Shown here one piece after another: positions 31,287 through 46,014 of a stretch of 64,000 bases of DNA (the stretch's first letter is position 1; each line of letters begins with the position of its first letter). The position numbers were made by a program, and so were the translations under genes. The DNA lies in assembly GCA_011455275.1 (NCBI GenBank), contig CP015028.1, positions 592,911 through 656,910 of the forward strand, read 5' to 3'. The stretch is from Pasteurellaceae bacterium Orientalotternb1. GTDB lineage: Bacteria > Pseudomonadota > Gammaproteobacteria > Enterobacterales > Pasteurellaceae. The notes under the pieces were generated by a model. It worked only from the letters and a program-made list of their open reading frames with translations. It was not told the DNA's origin and ran no database searches.

Positions 31287-32714
31287 ATGGAGCTTTATTA
31301 CTTTATTGGTGGGAGTGCAGTAGTTGGCTTGTTGATCTTAAGTTTGATCATCGCCTTAATGTTCCGTCGCGTGGTAAAAACAAACGAAGTGCATATTGTA
31401 CAATCAGGCGGCAAAACTACTTCTTATGGTAAAGACACTGGCAATGGTAACGTTTATTATGCTTTTCCTTCTTGGCTTCCTGTCATTGGGGTGAGCACCA
31501 TTGTGTTGCCTGTATCAGTGTTCTCAATCAAAATTGATAACTACGAAGCCTACGATTTAGAGCGTTTACCTTTTGTAGTGGATTTGACGGCATTCTTCCG
31601 TATTTCAGATTCTAACTTAGCAGCACAACGTGTGTCAGATTTTCGTGATATGAATGCACAACTTGTTGATATTATTCAAGGTTCTGTTCGTTCTATTCTT
31701 TCTAGCCGTAACCTTAACGATATTTTACAAGTTCGTTCAGAGTTGGGCGATGATTTCACCACGGCAGTAAAAGAGCAGTTAAAAAATTGGGGTATTGAAC
31801 CCGTTAAAACCATTGAGTTAATGGATATTCGTGACAGTGGCAACTCTCACGTGATTCTCAATATTATGGAAATCAAGAAATCCTTTATTGAAAAAGAGAG
31901 CCGTGTTGAAGTTGCTCGTAACCAAAAAGAAGCTCAAATTGCAGAAATTGAAGCGAAAAAAGAATCCGATGTGAAACAGCAAGAAGCGGAAAAAGAAGTG
32001 GGTTTGAAAACCGTGGAAAATCAGCGAGAAGTAGCAATTTCCAATGAGCAAGCTCAACAGCGTGTAAAAGAGCAGGAAAAAATCACCAAAGAGCGTGAAA
32101 TGGACGTTAAACGGGTGGCGGAAGTGAAGCAGGCGGAGATTGCGAAAGATGTGCAAATCGTCAAAGCAGATCAAGACAAACGTACGCAAGAAATTAAGGC
32201 AGAAGCTAACCGCAATGCCTTGATCATCGACTCTGAAGCCGAGAAACAGCACCAAATTTTGGTGGCGGAAGGGGAAAAACAGAAAGCTTTCTTAGCCGCA
32301 GAAGCGTTGCTTGAAACGAAAGATAAGGAAGCTCAAGGTATCGCAAAAATTGGTACTGCGGAAGCAGATGCGAAACAGAAACTCGAAATTTCTTTGGTTT
32401 CTGGTCAAATTGAATTAGCGAAAGAGATTGGTAGTAACGTGGGCTATCAGCAGTATCTTGTGAGCATTCGCCAAATCGAAGCGAATCAAGCAATTGGTAT
32501 CGAACAAGCCAAAGCCCTTGCGAATTCAGATATGAAATTCATCATCAATGAAGCGAAGGTGGACAAAGGTATTGAGCGTGTTGGCGAGCTGTTTAGCTCT
32601 ACAGGCGGTACGAAATTAGCCGCAACGTTAGAAGGATTGAATCAGTCAGAGCTTGGTAAGGCGTTGATTGGTAAATTCCTTGGTAATAACGACCAAGAGA
32701 AGCCAAAAGCCTAA
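31287..32714 (+). CDS. Flotillin-like SPFH/band-7 protein (YqiK-like)
   Basis: An N-terminal TM segment, an SPFH domain, then a long E/A/K/Q-rich coiled-coil. AAGGAG RBS before the ATG at 31287. Confidence 0.75.
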   Translation: MELYYFIGGSAVVGLLILSLIIALMFRRVVKTNEVHIVQSGGKTTSYGKDTGNGNVYYAFPSWLPVIGVSTIVLPVSVFSIKIDNYEAYDLERLPFVVDLTAFFRISDSNLAAQRVSDFRDMNAQLVDIIQGSVRSILSSRNLNDILQVRSELGDDFTTAVKEQLKNWGIEPVKTIELMDIRDSGNSHVILNIMEIKKSFIEKESRVEVARNQKEAQIAEIEAKKESDVKQQEAEKEVGLKTVENQREVAISNEQAQQRVKEQEKITKEREMDVKRVAEVKQAEIAKDVQIVKADQDKRTQEIKAEANRNALIIDSEAEKQHQILVAEGEKQKAFLAAEALLETKDKEAQGIAKIGTAEADAKQKLEISLVSGQIELAKEIGSNVGYQQYLVSIRQIEANQAIGIEQAKALANSDMKFIINEAKVDKGIERVGELFSSTGGTKLAATLEGLNQSELGKALIGKFLGNNDQEKPKA

Positions 32715-32719
32715 TGGCT

Positions 32720-32777
32720 GCAAGCGGTCAGTTCCCGAGAATTTTTTGCAAATTTTCTGACCGAACTGACCGCTTGT
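32720..32777. terminator. Inverted USS pair between the convergent flotillin-like gene and hemH
   Basis: GCAAGCGGTCAGTTCCCGAGAATTTTTTGCAAATTTTCTGACCGAACTGACCGCTTGT. Confidence 0.5.
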
Positions 32778-32779
32778 TA

Positions 32780-33739
32780 TTAGCATTTTTCTTCAATCAG
32801 TTTAATCAATAACTGAATATGATCATCGCTTGCATTTAATGCTGGAATGTAGCGATAGTTTTTCCCACCTGCGTTCATAAAATTCTCTCGATTTTCTTCA
32901 GCAATTTCTTCAAGTGTTTCTAAACAATCTGCCGAAAATCCAGGGCAGATCACGGCAACATTTTTGACATCATTCGTTGGAAATTTTCGCAAGGTTTCAT
33001 CTGTGTAAGGTTGTAACCACTCTTCATCGCCGAAGCGAGATTGAAATGAGATAAACCATTGATTTTGTTGTAAACCGAGCTTTTCCACAACTAAGTGAGC
33101 AGTGGCTCGGCAATGATCGGCATAGAAATCGCCTTCTGTTTCATAGCGTTGTGGAATGCCGTGGAACGAGAAAAGTAACAGTTCATCTTCTGCGAGTTGA
33201 GCGGTATTTGCAAGGGCTTGAATATAAAGTGGGTGGTCGTGGTAGCTATGAATAAATTCAAATGGCACCATTTTTTTGTGCATTTGTAACGCACGAGCAA
33301 ACGCATCAAATACTGAAGCGGTAGTACTTGAGCTATATTGTGGATACAGCGGCAATACAATAATTTTTTCCACACCTTGATTGAGCAAGCTCTCCACCGC
33401 TTTTTCAATACTTGGATTACCGTAGCTCATGCCTAATTCAACAACAACGTTGTGGTGATGGCTATCAAAATACGCTTGTACCGCTTTTTGTTGCTGGCGA
33501 GAGATGGCAAGTAAAGGAGAACCTTCGTTTGACCAAATTGCTTTATAGGCTTCCGCCACTTTGGGCGAGCGTTTTGGTAGGACAACAAGGTGGAGGATCG
33601 GCAACCATTTTAGACGAGGAAGATCGATTACTCTCGGATCGCTTAAAAATTGGCGTAAATAGCGTTTAACGGCGGGTGTTGTCGGTTCATCGGGTGTACC
33701 AAGGTTAGCAAGGAGTACACCGATTTTAGTTTGGGTCAT
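32780..33739 (-). CDS. hemH: Ferrochelatase
   Basis: MTQTKIGVLLANLGTPDEPT N-terminus typical of HemH. The ORF-track start at 33805 is an upstream extension. Confidence 0.9.
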   Translation of the reverse strand: MTQTKIGVLLANLGTPDEPTTPAVKRYLRQFLSDPRVIDLPRLKWLPILHLVVLPKRSPKVAEAYKAIWSNEGSPLLAISRQQQKAVQAYFDSHHHNVVVELGMSYGNPSIEKAVESLLNQGVEKIIVLPLYPQYSSSTTASVFDAFARALQMHKKMVPFEFIHSYHDHPLYIQALANTAQLAEDELLLFSFHGIPQRYETEGDFYADHCRATAHLVVEKLGLQQNQWFISFQSRFGDEEWLQPYTDETLRKFPTNDVKNVAVICPGFSADCLETLEEIAEENRENFMNAGGKNYRYIPALNASDDHIQLLIKLIEEKC

Positions 33740-33929
33740 GGATAATTCCTTAATAAAGGCTGAAAATTGCCAATCATTATAGTGAATTTCCTTGTTCGGT
33801 GCCATGTATCAGAGCAAAAGGAAGAGCGGTAAATAGCTTGACATTGGGTAATAATTACTCTAGAATTCGCCGTCCTTTCGTCTATGAAAGGGCATTTTTA
33901 ATTATTTTTTATTTTTAACTGGAGCTTAA

Positions 33930-34307
<378 letters not shown>

Positions 34308-34422
34308 TGGATCTCCGTTAAGTAAGGCCAAACGTCTAATTTTTTAAAAAATTACCACAAACTCCAGTTCCTGTAAGGCTTGCCTTACATTAGAGTTTTG
34401 GAAAATCCTGAAGATTTTATAA

Positions 34423-34908
<486 letters not shown>

Positions 34909-35003
34909 TAAGCTTTTGATTTTTGTAGGCTTCATCTCAAAATCTGTGATGAAGCCTATTACATATATAAATTCACATTAGATTACAAAATAAGGTAAGA
35001 ATA

Positions 35004-37106
35004 ATGGCTCGTACAACTCCTATTGAGCGATATCGTAACATCGGTATCAGTGCTCACATCGACGCAGGTAAAACAACTACCTCTGAGCGTATCCTTTTCT
35101 ATACAGGTAAAAGCCATAAATTAGGCGAAGTGCACGATGGTGCAGCAACAATGGACTGGATGGAACAAGAGCAAGAGCGTGGTATCACAATTACTTCTGC
35201 GGCTACTACAGCATTCTGGTCTGGTATGTCAAAACAATACCCAGAACACCGTATCAACGTTATTGATACTCCAGGACACGTTGACTTTACTATCGAAGTA
35301 GAACGTTCAATGCGTGTTCTTGACGGTGCAGTAATGGTTTACTGTGCAGTAGGTGGTGTTCAACCACAATCTGAAACCGTATGGCGTCAAGCAAACAAAT
35401 ATGAAGTGCCACGTGTTGCATTCGTAAACAAAATGGACCGTACTGGTGCAAACTTCTTACGTGTTGTTGAACAAATCAAAACTCGTTTAGGCGGTAATGC
35501 GGTTGCATTGCAACTTCCAATTGGTTCAGAAGAGAGCTTTAAAGGTGTTGTTGACCTTATCAAAATGAAAGCGATCAACTGGAATGATGCTGACCAAGGT
35601 ATGACGTTCACTTATGAAGATATTCCAGCAGATATGTTAGACGCCTGTCAAGAACGTCGTGAAATGTTAGTTGAAGCAGCTGCTGAAGCATCTGAAGAGT
35701 TAATGGAAAAATTCTTCGCAGGCGAAGAATTAACAGAAGAAGAAATCAAATCTGCATTACGTCAACGTGTATTAGCAGGTGAAGTAATTCCTGTATGCTG
35801 TGGTTCAGCATTTAAAAACAAAGGTGTTCAAGCAATGCTTGATGCAGTAATTGATTATTTGCCAGCACCAACAGATATCCCTGCAATTAAAGGTATCAAC
35901 GAAGACGAAACAGAAGGTGAGCGTCACGCAAGTGATGATGAGCCGTTCTCTTCATTAGCATTTAAAATTGCAACTGATCCATTCGTAGGTAACTTAACCT
36001 TCTTCCGTGTGTACTCAGGTGTAATCAATTCAGGCGATACTGTATTGAACTCGGTGAAACAAAAACGTGAGCGTTTTGGTCGTATCGTACAGATGCACGC
36101 TAACAAACGTGAAGAGATCAAAGAAGTTCGTGCAGGCGACATTGCTGCAGCAATTGGCTTGAAAGATGTTGGTACTGGTGACACATTATGTGCACTTGAT
36201 GCACCAATCATCCTTGAGCGTATGGAATTCCCTGAACCAGTAATCTCTGTTGCGGTTGAGCCGAAAACTAAAGCTGACCAAGAGAAAATGGGCTTGGCAT
36301 TAGGTCGTTTAGCACAAGAAGACCCTTCATTCCGTGTTCACACTGATGAAGAATCTGGCGAGACCATCATCTCTGGTATGGGTGAGTTACACTTAGACAT
36401 CATCGTTGATCGTATGAAACGTGAGTTCAAAGTGGAAGCAAACATCGGTAAACCACAAGTATCTTACCGTGAAACTATCCGCACCACAGTTAAAGATGTT
36501 GAAGGTAAACACGCAAAACAATCTGGTGGTCGTGGTCAATACGGTCACGTTGTTATCGACTTATACCCATTAGACCCAGAAGGTCCTGGCTATGAGTTCG
36601 TAAACGAAATCAAAGGTGGTGTAATCCCTGGTGAATATATCCCTGCAGTTGACAAAGGTATCCAAGAACAACTTAAATCTGGTCCATTAGCGGGTTACCC
36701 AGTAGTAGATTTAGGTGTGCGTTTACACTTCGGTTCATACCACGATGTTGACTCATCTGAATTAGCGTTTAAACTTGCAGCGTCATTGGCATTTAAAGCG
36801 GCGTTCGCAAAAGCAAACCCAGTTCTACTTGAGCCAATTATGAAAGTTGAAGTAGAAACTCCACCAGATTACGTTGGTGACGTAATAGGCGATTTAAGCC
36901 GTCGTCGTGCTATGGTAAACGGTCAAGAAGCAAACGAATTTGTTGTTAAAATCAATGCAGAAGTTCCACTTTCAGAAATGTTTGGTTACGCAACAGATCT
37001 TCGTTCACAAACTCAAGGTCGTGCATCATATTCAATGGAACCGTTAAAATATGCTGAAGCACCTTCAAGTGTTGCAGCAGCTGTTATTGAAGCACGTAAA
37101 AAGTAA
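35004..37106 (+). CDS. fusA: Elongation factor G
   Basis: 700 aa with the GTPase G1-G5 motifs (AHIDAGKTT). Confidence 0.97.
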   Translation: MARTTPIERYRNIGISAHIDAGKTTTSERILFYTGKSHKLGEVHDGAATMDWMEQEQERGITITSAATTAFWSGMSKQYPEHRINVIDTPGHVDFTIEVERSMRVLDGAVMVYCAVGGVQPQSETVWRQANKYEVPRVAFVNKMDRTGANFLRVVEQIKTRLGGNAVALQLPIGSEESFKGVVDLIKMKAINWNDADQGMTFTYEDIPADMLDACQERREMLVEAAAEASEELMEKFFAGEELTEEEIKSALRQRVLAGEVIPVCCGSAFKNKGVQAMLDAVIDYLPAPTDIPAIKGINEDETEGERHASDDEPFSSLAFKIATDPFVGNLTFFRVYSGVINSGDTVLNSVKQKRERFGRIVQMHANKREEIKEVRAGDIAAAIGLKDVGTGDTLCALDAPIILERMEFPEPVISVAVEPKTKADQEKMGLALGRLAQEDPSFRVHTDEESGETIISGMGELHLDIIVDRMKREFKVEANIGKPQVSYRETIRTTVKDVEGKHAKQSGGRGQYGHVVIDLYPLDPEGPGYEFVNEIKGGVIPGEYIPAVDKGIQEQLKSGPLAGYPVVDLGVRLHFGSYHDVDSSELAFKLAASLAFKAAFAKANPVLLEPIMKVEVETPPDYVGDVIGDLSRRRAMVNGQEANEFVVKINAEVPLSEMFGYATDLRSQTQGRASYSMEPLKYAEAPSSVAAAVIEARKK

Positions 37107-37157
37107 TTTGATTTAATCAATTTCCGTAGTGCATTTCGCACTACGGGGCTTACATAG

Positions 37158-38354
<1,197 letters not shown>

Positions 38355-38389
38355 TTAATCGCAGTTAATTACTTGAAAGCATAAAGAAA

Positions 38390-38416
38390 GGCGTATCGAA
38401 AGGTACGCCTTTTGGT
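38390..38416 (+). terminator. tufA rho-independent terminator (GGCGUAUC-GAAA-GGUACGCC + U-run)
   Basis: An 8-bp stem with a GNRA tetraloop, followed by ttttggttttg. The identical sequence recurs inverted at 39712..39740 after tufB. Confidence 0.6.
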
Positions 38417-38477
38417 TTTGGGCAGCCGCAAGCGGTCACTTTATGATAAAATTTTGCAAGTTGACATTTGCAAAATA

Positions 38478-39662
38478 TTACTGGGAACTGACCGCTTGTA
38501 GATTAAGCCTTTTTCTTGAATGAAGAAAGAATACCAATGCTACAGCACCACTTAAACAAGAAATCCCAAAGGCAAACAAAGAGAGTTTCTGAACCATAAA
38601 ATAGCCAATCAGGTACAACATTGGTAATGAAAAGAGAGAATCAAAAGCTGACATAATTGATTCAGATGTTGCTCTAGTTTCTTGCTTGATATTATCGTGG
38701 AAATTCGCACTGAAAAATATACTAAGTAACCCTACGCAAAAAACATGAGCCATAAGCAATAGCGATAGAATCCACATTGAGCTTGTAAATACTGGCATTA
38801 ATATCATTGCAGCGATGTTTATTAGCATCACCCTTACTCGCTGCTTTTCCGTAAATTTCATTACTCGAACAAATTTTCCTGCACTGAGCATTGCTATTTG
38901 TAACATTAAATACCCACATTCAATGCCATAAGGAAACTGTTTGAAAAGATGTTGCCAGAGTAAAAATGGTGCGAGTGCTGATGAAGCATAAAAGACACTC
39001 GCCCAGAAAAATGATTGACGGCTGAGCGTGGCAATCAGCGGCAAAATTGAATGAACTTGCAGCCTCTCTTTGCTTTCAAATAGATAATCTTTTCGATAAT
39101 AAAATAAGATCACTGCAGAGATGGTATAGGCAAGAGCGGAATAGATCCAAGGGTATTGGTTATTATGTTTGAACAAATAATAGGCACCCATTCCACCAAG
39201 AATAGCTCCAGCACTTCGATAGGTTACACTTAATGAAAAGAGTTTTTCGGTTGAACCTTTAAAGGAAGATTTCAACCCCACTAAAACGGCATTCGCTGCC
39301 CCTGAAATCAAAGAAAGTCCGATACCATAAGTGATCATTGAGCTTTCCAATCCATAAGAAAAGTTGGATAACAATAAGAGTCTTGAGCCGATAATTATCA
39401 GTAATCCTATTACAACCGCATTGATGGGCTTGATTTTATCTGTTAAAAAGCCCGTCGGGATTTCACAAATTAAGATGAACAAATTGAGCAGAATAAACAG
39501 AATGGAAATGGTCTGGAAATTCAATCCTTTATCTAAAAAGTACAAAACGTTCACCGCAGCATAAGCCCCATAGCCTATGGCGGAAAATAAAATGGTGTAG
39601 AGATAACGTTGGATCTGAATTGGCATAAAATTATTGCTTACTGTCTTTAAATAATTTTTCAT
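38478..39662 (-). CDS. Major-facilitator-superfamily-like permease, low-GC gene between the two tuf copies
   Basis: 394 aa, about 12 predicted TM segments, with an MFS-like loop motif (EIPTGFLTDKIKP). Codon usage is very AT-rich compared with its neighbours. The last 7 codons run through a USS. Confidence 0.6.
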   Translation of the reverse strand: MKNYLKTVSNNFMPIQIQRYLYTILFSAIGYGAYAAVNVLYFLDKGLNFQTISILFILLNLFILICEIPTGFLTDKIKPINAVVIGLLIIIGSRLLLLSNFSYGLESSMITYGIGLSLISGAANAVLVGLKSSFKGSTEKLFSLSVTYRSAGAILGGMGAYYLFKHNNQYPWIYSALAYTISAVILFYYRKDYLFESKERLQVHSILPLIATLSRQSFFWASVFYASSALAPFLLWQHLFKQFPYGIECGYLMLQIAMLSAGKFVRVMKFTEKQRVRVMLINIAAMILMPVFTSSMWILSLLLMAHVFCVGLLSIFFSANFHDNIKQETRATSESIMSAFDSLFSLPMLYLIGYFMVQKLSLFAFGISCLSGAVALVFFLHSRKRLNLQAVSSQ

Positions 39663-39775
39663 TTCTCAATTTGCAAAATTTTATCATAAAGTGACCGCTT
39701 GCTGTTGCCCAAAACAAAAAGGCGTACCTTTCGATACGCCTTTCTTTATGCTTTCAAGTAATTAACTGCGATTAA

Positions 39776-40987
<1,212 letters not shown>

Positions 40988-41080
40988 TTACGATGGTACG
41001 TTACCACATTAACCTAATGTAGAAATGAATACGATTGTTTCTGTATGTTTACTAAGGAAAAGATGAAGCTAGAAAGGAAG

Positions 41081-41156
41081 TGGTGCTGATAGGCGGATTT
41101 GAACCGCCGACCTCACCCTTACCAAGGGTGCGCTCTACCAACTGAGCTATATCAGC
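41081..41156 (-). tRNA. thrT: tRNA-Thr (anticodon GGU)
   Basis: The reverse complement folds as GCTGATATAGCTCAGTTGGTAGAGCGCACCCTTGGTAAGGGTGAGGTCGGCGGTTCAAATCCGCCTATCAGCACCA. Confidence 0.9.
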
Positions 41157-41159
41157 GTT

Positions 41160-41234
<75 letters not shown>

Positions 41235-41274
41235 TGTTCTAAATTCGTCTGTCCCATAGAATTCAATTAAGAGA

Positions 41275-41361
41275 TGGTGGAGGGAGAAGGATTCGAACCT
41301 TCGAAGGCTGAGCCAACAGATTTACAGTCTGCCCCCTTTGGCCGCTCGGGAATCCCTCCAC
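41275..41361 (-). tRNA. tyrU: tRNA-Tyr (anticodon GUA), long variable arm
   Basis: GTGGAGGGATTCCCGAGCGGCCAAAGGGGGCAGACTGTAAATCTGTTGGCTCAGCCTTCGAAGGTTCGAATCCTTCTCCCTCCACCA. Confidence 0.9.
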
Positions 41362-41392
41362 ATTAATTGAATGCTTGATTACTTTGGCGAGA

Positions 41393-41468
<76 letters not shown>

Positions 41469-41497
41469 GTTGCGTTGTCGTAAGCAAGTGATGCGCA

Positions 41498-41524
41498 TTA
41501 TAGGGTTTTCGAAAAACCTTGCAA
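41498..41524 (-). promoter_or_regulatory. Sigma70 promoter of thrU-tyrU-glyT-thrT-tufB operon (-35 TTGCAA, 16-bp spacer, -10 TATAAT, GC-rich discriminator GCGC, upstream A/T UP-like tract)
   Basis: Minus-strand reading: cTTGCAAggtttttcgaaaacccTATAATgcgcatcac, about 25 bp upstream of thrU. Confidence 0.5.
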
Positions 41525-41714
41525 GTGTTTTTTTCAAAAAATTTAAAAAATCCGTTTTTTCGACTGCAAAACAGTCAAAGTGATGATTTTTTACATATTT
41601 TTGGTTGTTTTTATTGGATTATCTGCCCTATTTAGTCATTTATATTGTATATTTTACACCACTCACTAAACACTATTTTACTTATTAAATGAAGTAAAGC
41701 CTGAGACAATCACA

Positions 41715-42665
41715 ATGTTTTCTACAGAAACGCCTAAAATTAGTCCATTTTTAACTTTTGACCGTCAGCAGTGGGCGGCACTTCGGAAGTCTGTTCCGTT
41801 AACATTGACGGAAAAAGATCTTAAACCTTTACTAAGTTTCAATGAAGATCTCTCTTTAGATGAAGTTAGGGCAATTTATTTACCCCTAGTTCGTTTAATT
41901 AATTACTACATTGATGAGAATATCAAACGTCAGCAGGTGCTTCATAAGTTTCTTGATGTTGAAGCACCGAAAGTGCCTTACATTATTAGTATTGCTGGGA
42001 GCGTTTCTGTTGGGAAGAGCACATCTGCACGGATTTTACAGGCACTATTATCTAGTTGGCCTGAAGAGCGTAAGGTGTCCTTAATTACCACTGACGGTTT
42101 TCTTTATCCTTTATCTGTTTTAGAAGAAAAAAATATTCTTAACCGAAAAGGTTTCCCTGAATCTTACGATATTCATCGTTTGATTCAGTTTGTGTCGGAC
42201 ATTAAATCAGGTAAACGATATGTTAAAGCCCCTATTTACTCACATTTGACCTATGACATCATTCCTGATCAATTTAACGAAGTTGATCAACCTGATATTG
42301 TTATTTTAGAAGGTCTAAATGTGCTGCAAAGTGGAATGAATTATCCCGCCAGCCCACATAATGTATTTTTGTCAGATTTTGTTGATTTTTCTGTGTACGT
42401 AGATGCGGAAGAAGAATTATTGCTGAAATGGTACATTAATCGTTTTCTCAAATTTCGCCGTAGTGCGTTTACTGATCCAAATTCTTACTTTCACCATTAT
42501 TCTAAGTTATCGGAGCAGGAAGCGATTGAAACAGCAACAAGAATTTGGAATGAAATCAATGGGTTGAATTTGCGTAAAAATATTCTGCCAAGTCGTGATC
42601 GTGCCAATTTGATTCTAGTAAAAGGCGAAGATCATGCAATCCAAACGATTAAATTGAGAAAATAG
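41715..42665 (+). CDS. coaA: Type I pantothenate kinase
   Basis: 316 aa with the P-loop [19 protein letters not shown]. Divergent from the thrU operon, as in E. coli. Confidence 0.9.
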   Translation: MFSTETPKISPFLTFDRQQWAALRKSVPLTLTEKDLKPLLSFNEDLSLDEVRAIYLPLVRLINYYIDENIKRQQVLHKFLDVEAPKVPYIISIAGSVSVGKSTSARILQALLSSWPEERKVSLITTDGFLYPLSVLEEKNILNRKGFPESYDIHRLIQFVSDIKSGKRYVKAPIYSHLTYDIIPDQFNEVDQPDIVILEGLNVLQSGMNYPASPHNVFLSDFVDFSVYVDAEEELLLKWYINRFLKFRRSAFTDPNSYFHHYSKLSEQEAIETATRIWNEINGLNLRKNILPSRDRANLILVKGEDHAIQTIKLRK

Positions 42666-43370
42666 ATGGCAACTGGTTTTCAGTTTAAGTCCTTTTTCAT
42701 TGCCCATGATCAATGTGCAATGAAAGTGAATACAGATGGTATTTTATTGGGGGCAATTGCGGATGTCACAAACAGTCGGAGATTGCTTGATTTAGGCACG
42801 GGAACTGGGTTAATTGCGATTATGTTGGCTCAACGGGCGGCATCTGATGCTGAAATTATCGGGGTTGAGCTAGATAGGATTGCATACCTACAAGCACAAC
42901 AGAATGTGCGTAATAGCCCGTGGGCAGCGAAAATTCAGATCCAACAAGCGGATATTTTCTCGCTAAACTTTGCAATTCCGTTTGATTTGATTGTGACTAA
43001 CCCGCCTTATTTTGAACACTCTCTTGCGAGTCGTACACCGCAGCGTGATCTTGCTCGAACAGTTGTGAAAAGCCACTTTGAGTGGCTTAAACAAGCTAAA
43101 GATTGGCTGGCACCAGCGGGCAAAATTAGTCTGATTTTGCCTTTTATAGCAGGTGAAAAGTTGATCGAACAAGCTGCAGATCTTGAACTATTTTGTTTAG
43201 AAAAATGGAAAATCTGTACCAAGGCAGGCAAGCCGCCGAAAAGAGTGATTGTCACCTTTGGGCTAGAAGAGTGCCCTTTTGTGGAAAAATCGTTAGATAT
43301 CTGTGACCTTGAAAATCAATATACTGCAGAATTTAAAGCACTTACTCGTGACTTTTATTTGAATTTTTAG
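42666..43370 (+). CDS. tRNA1(Val) (adenine37-N6)-methyltransferase (YfiC/TrmN6-like)
   Basis: 234 aa. SAM-binding LDLGTGTGLIAIMLAQR and the catalytic NPPY motif (VTNPPYFEH). Confidence 0.8.
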   Translation: MATGFQFKSFFIAHDQCAMKVNTDGILLGAIADVTNSRRLLDLGTGTGLIAIMLAQRAASDAEIIGVELDRIAYLQAQQNVRNSPWAAKIQIQQADIFSLNFAIPFDLIVTNPPYFEHSLASRTPQRDLARTVVKSHFEWLKQAKDWLAPAGKISLILPFIAGEKLIEQAADLELFCLEKWKICTKAGKPPKRVIVTFGLEECPFVEKSLDICDLENQYTAEFKALTRDFYLNF

Positions 43371-43423
43371 ACAAAAATCAGACAAAAAGAAGGGCGGATA
43401 ATTATTTACACCGCCCAATACTT

Positions 43424-43915
43424 TTACTCACTATCTAAATCTAAGAGTTCAGGAGAAAGAATAATGCCTGTTAGGTCGGCATAAATATAATCTTCTGGAA
43501 GGAAGCTTACACCACCGAAATTGACAGGCGTGTCAACTTCACCAATAGTGGTATCGTCTGCACCAACAGGGATTGGGGCAAGTGCCTGAATCCCAATATC
43601 TAAGGTTTCTAAAACATCTAACTGTCGCACGGCACCGTTTACAATGATGCCTTCCCAGCCATTATCCACAGCAAGCTGTGCTAAATCGGCATCAATCAAC
43701 GCACGACGCACAGCCCCACCTCCGTCGATAAGCAATACTCGTCCTTGACCTTCTTCTTCCAAAACTTCCGCAATGAGTCCGTTACTTTCAAAGCATTTCA
43801 CGGTGGTGATTTTGCCAAAAAAAGATGAGCACCCGCCGAAGCTCGAAAAAATTGGTTCGACGACATCGACTTGGTCGGAATAGAGATCACAGAGTTCAGA
43901 AGTATCAATACGCAT
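43424..43915 (-). CDS. rraA: Regulator of RNase E activity A (RraA/MenG family)
   Basis: 163 aa from [12 protein letters not shown]. The ORF-track start at 43975 is an upstream extension. Confidence 0.85.
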   Translation of the reverse strand: MRIDTSELCDLYSDQVDVVEPIFSSFGGCSSFFGKITTVKCFESNGLIAEVLEEEGQGRVLLIDGGGAVRRALIDADLAQLAVDNGWEGIIVNGAVRQLDVLETLDIGIQALAPIPVGADDTTIGEVDTPVNFGGVSFLPEDYIYADLTGIILSPELLDLDSE

Positions 43916-44040
43916 AATTGCTCCCAGTTTTGTTTTATTGGTGCGAAAGTATAACCCTTTGTGCGAAATTTGCAAAAAATTCCCTAAATCTGACCGCTTG
44001 TTGGGTACAAGATCAGATTAAAATAGGCAGCTTCAATTCG

Positions 44041-45147
44041 CTATTGGCAGATAATTTCACTTAGGGAAACTTTACGATTTTCATAGCGTGATCTCGTACA
44101 AGCATCGGCGGTGGCAATAGCGGCACGAGCGGCTTCGCCAGTTAGAAGCTTGATGAACTCTTCGCTTGGCTGCATTCCGTGCATAATGTCGTTAAGGTAC
44201 TTCATTTCTTTTTTCATTACTGAACTGAGCCACATCGGGGTGCGTTTGCCTGGTTTTCCGTATTGAATTGCACCGTCCATTTCTGTGCTGGTGTAAATAC
44301 GGGTGCGGTCGTCATCTTCTTCTTGGGTCTCGTGGATCAAGAAGTGACTGTCTTTGCCATCTACTCGTAACGTTCCTTTGCAGTGATACATATCTAATTT
44401 AATTGCACCTTTTTCTCCTTGAATAAGCACATAGTGTTCTCCCCAACGGAACGCAGATCCCCACTCGAGTACAGCAAAACGACCATCGTCATATTCCATA
44501 CTGACAAATAGCATATCGTCTTCATCGCCAAATTTTTCACTTTGGTGAGCGAGGTTGCCTGCCATCATCATGACATTTTGGGGCATTCCTCCCATGAGAA
44601 ACTGAACACAATCAAGCTCGTGAATGTGGTGATAGAGATGCCCACCTGATTTTTCACGGATTTTTTTCCAAGAAATGCTAGGTTGTTCATCTTCCCATCC
44701 GTTGCGTGCAGTATGGCAGTAGAGAATTTTCCCGATCACGCCTTGGTTAATCAGCTCTTTGGCATGGTGAACACCGTTAAAGAAGTTCATAATATGACCA
44801 GCCATAAAGGTAACACCGTTTTCTTCACAGGCTTTGACCATTTCATCACAATCTTGATAACTTAATGCGATAGGTTTTTCGCAGAAAACGTGTTTTTTAT
44901 GTTGCGCGGCAAGAATGACAGGCTCTTTGTGTAAGTAGTTTGGCGTAGCCACGATCACGCAATCTACCTGAGGACTACTTACCAGCTGTTCTAGGTTCTG
45001 TGCTGCAACGCAGTTTAGCTCTTGGGCAATGGTTTCACCATTTTCTGGATCATAAACCATTGTGACTTGGGCATTTTCATTTTCGTTCATAAAGCGGGCT
45101 AAATCTGCACCGAAATAGCCAACGCCCACCACACCATATTTCATCAT
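44041..45147 (-). CDS. Gfo/Idh/MocA-family NAD(P)-dependent oxidoreductase (canonical EKP motif)
   Basis: N-terminal Rossmann GVVGVGYFG, the EKP catalytic motif (HVFCEKPIALS), and a C-terminal alpha/beta domain. Last gene of the ABC transporter operon. Confidence 0.8.
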   Translation of the reverse strand: MMKYGVVGVGYFGADLARFMNENENAQVTMVYDPENGETIAQELNCVAAQNLEQLVSSPQVDCVIVATPNYLHKEPVILAAQHKKHVFCEKPIALSYQDCDEMVKACEENGVTFMAGHIMNFFNGVHHAKELINQGVIGKILYCHTARNGWEDEQPSISWKKIREKSGGHLYHHIHELDCVQFLMGGMPQNVMMMAGNLAHQSEKFGDEDDMLFVSMEYDDGRFAVLEWGSAFRWGEHYVLIQGEKGAIKLDMYHCKGTLRVDGKDSHFLIHETQEEDDDRTRIYTSTEMDGAIQYGKPGKRTPMWLSSVMKKEMKYLNDIMHGMQPSEEFIKLLTGEAARAAIATADACTRSRYENRKVSLSEIICQ

Positions 45148-45179
45148 TTGATGTCTCCTTACTTAAGTTGATATTGAAT

Positions 45180-46013
45180 TTATTTCACAGAGCCTTCAGA
45201 AAGCCCACTGGTAATTTTGTTTTGAATAAAGCAAAAGAATAGAACGGATGGGAGTACTACAAGTACTGATGCTGCCATCATATCGCCCCAGTCTAATATT
45301 TCAGCTCCATTGAGTGATCTTAGAGCCACAGCAACAGTCATTTTGCTCGTATCGTTTACTAAAATCAGTGCATATAAGAACTCATTCCACGCATTGATAA
45401 AGGTATAAATAGCAGTAGCGACAATGCCTGGAGCAACTAGTGGTAATACAATTTTGAAGAAGATCGTGAATTTGTTTGCCCCATCAATTTTGGCTGCTTC
45501 TTCAATTTCAATTGGCACGGTTTGGAAAAAGCCCACTAATAACCACACGGCATAAGGCACACTGAAGGATAAATAGACGATAATCAGACCGCTTGTGGTA
45601 TTGGTAAGTCCTACTTTTGCCATCGCAATCGAATAAGGAATTGCAAGCAAAATCGGTGGGAAAATGTAGGTGGTAACAAGTAATTTCGACATAATCGATC
45701 CCAATTTGGGGAAAAATCGAACAATGCCGTAAGCGGCCATGGCAGAGATGGTGATGGCGATGACGGTTGTGATTAGTGAAATGAATAAGCTATTTTTGAT
45801 ATTCACAATGAAGTTGAGATCATTGATGACGTGTTCAAAGTAATCTAATGTGAGTATTTTGGGCCAAAAACGAGTGGGTTCACTGGTAAGTTCGCCTTTT
45901 CCTTTCACTGATGAGATAAAAATCCATACTAAAGGGAACACTGCCACGATCGTCGTGATAATCAGGAAGACATGCGAAATAATGTCGCCCAAAAGTGTTG
46001 ATTTCTTTTTCAT
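45180..46013 (-). CDS. CUT1-family sugar ABC transporter permease (MalG-type)
   Basis: 277 aa, 6 TM segments, EAA loop (EEAAKIDGANKFTIFFKIVLPL). Confidence 0.85.
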   Translation of the reverse strand: MKKKSTLLGDIISHVFLIITTIVAVFPLVWIFISSVKGKGELTSEPTRFWPKILTLDYFEHVINDLNFIVNIKNSLFISLITTVIAITISAMAAYGIVRFFPKLGSIMSKLLVTTYIFPPILLAIPYSIAMAKVGLTNTTSGLIIVYLSFSVPYAVWLLVGFFQTVPIEIEEAAKIDGANKFTIFFKIVLPLVAPGIVATAIYTFINAWNEFLYALILVNDTSKMTVAVALRSLNGAEILDWGDMMAASVLVVLPSVLFFCFIQNKITSGLSEGSVK

Positions 46014-46014
46014 T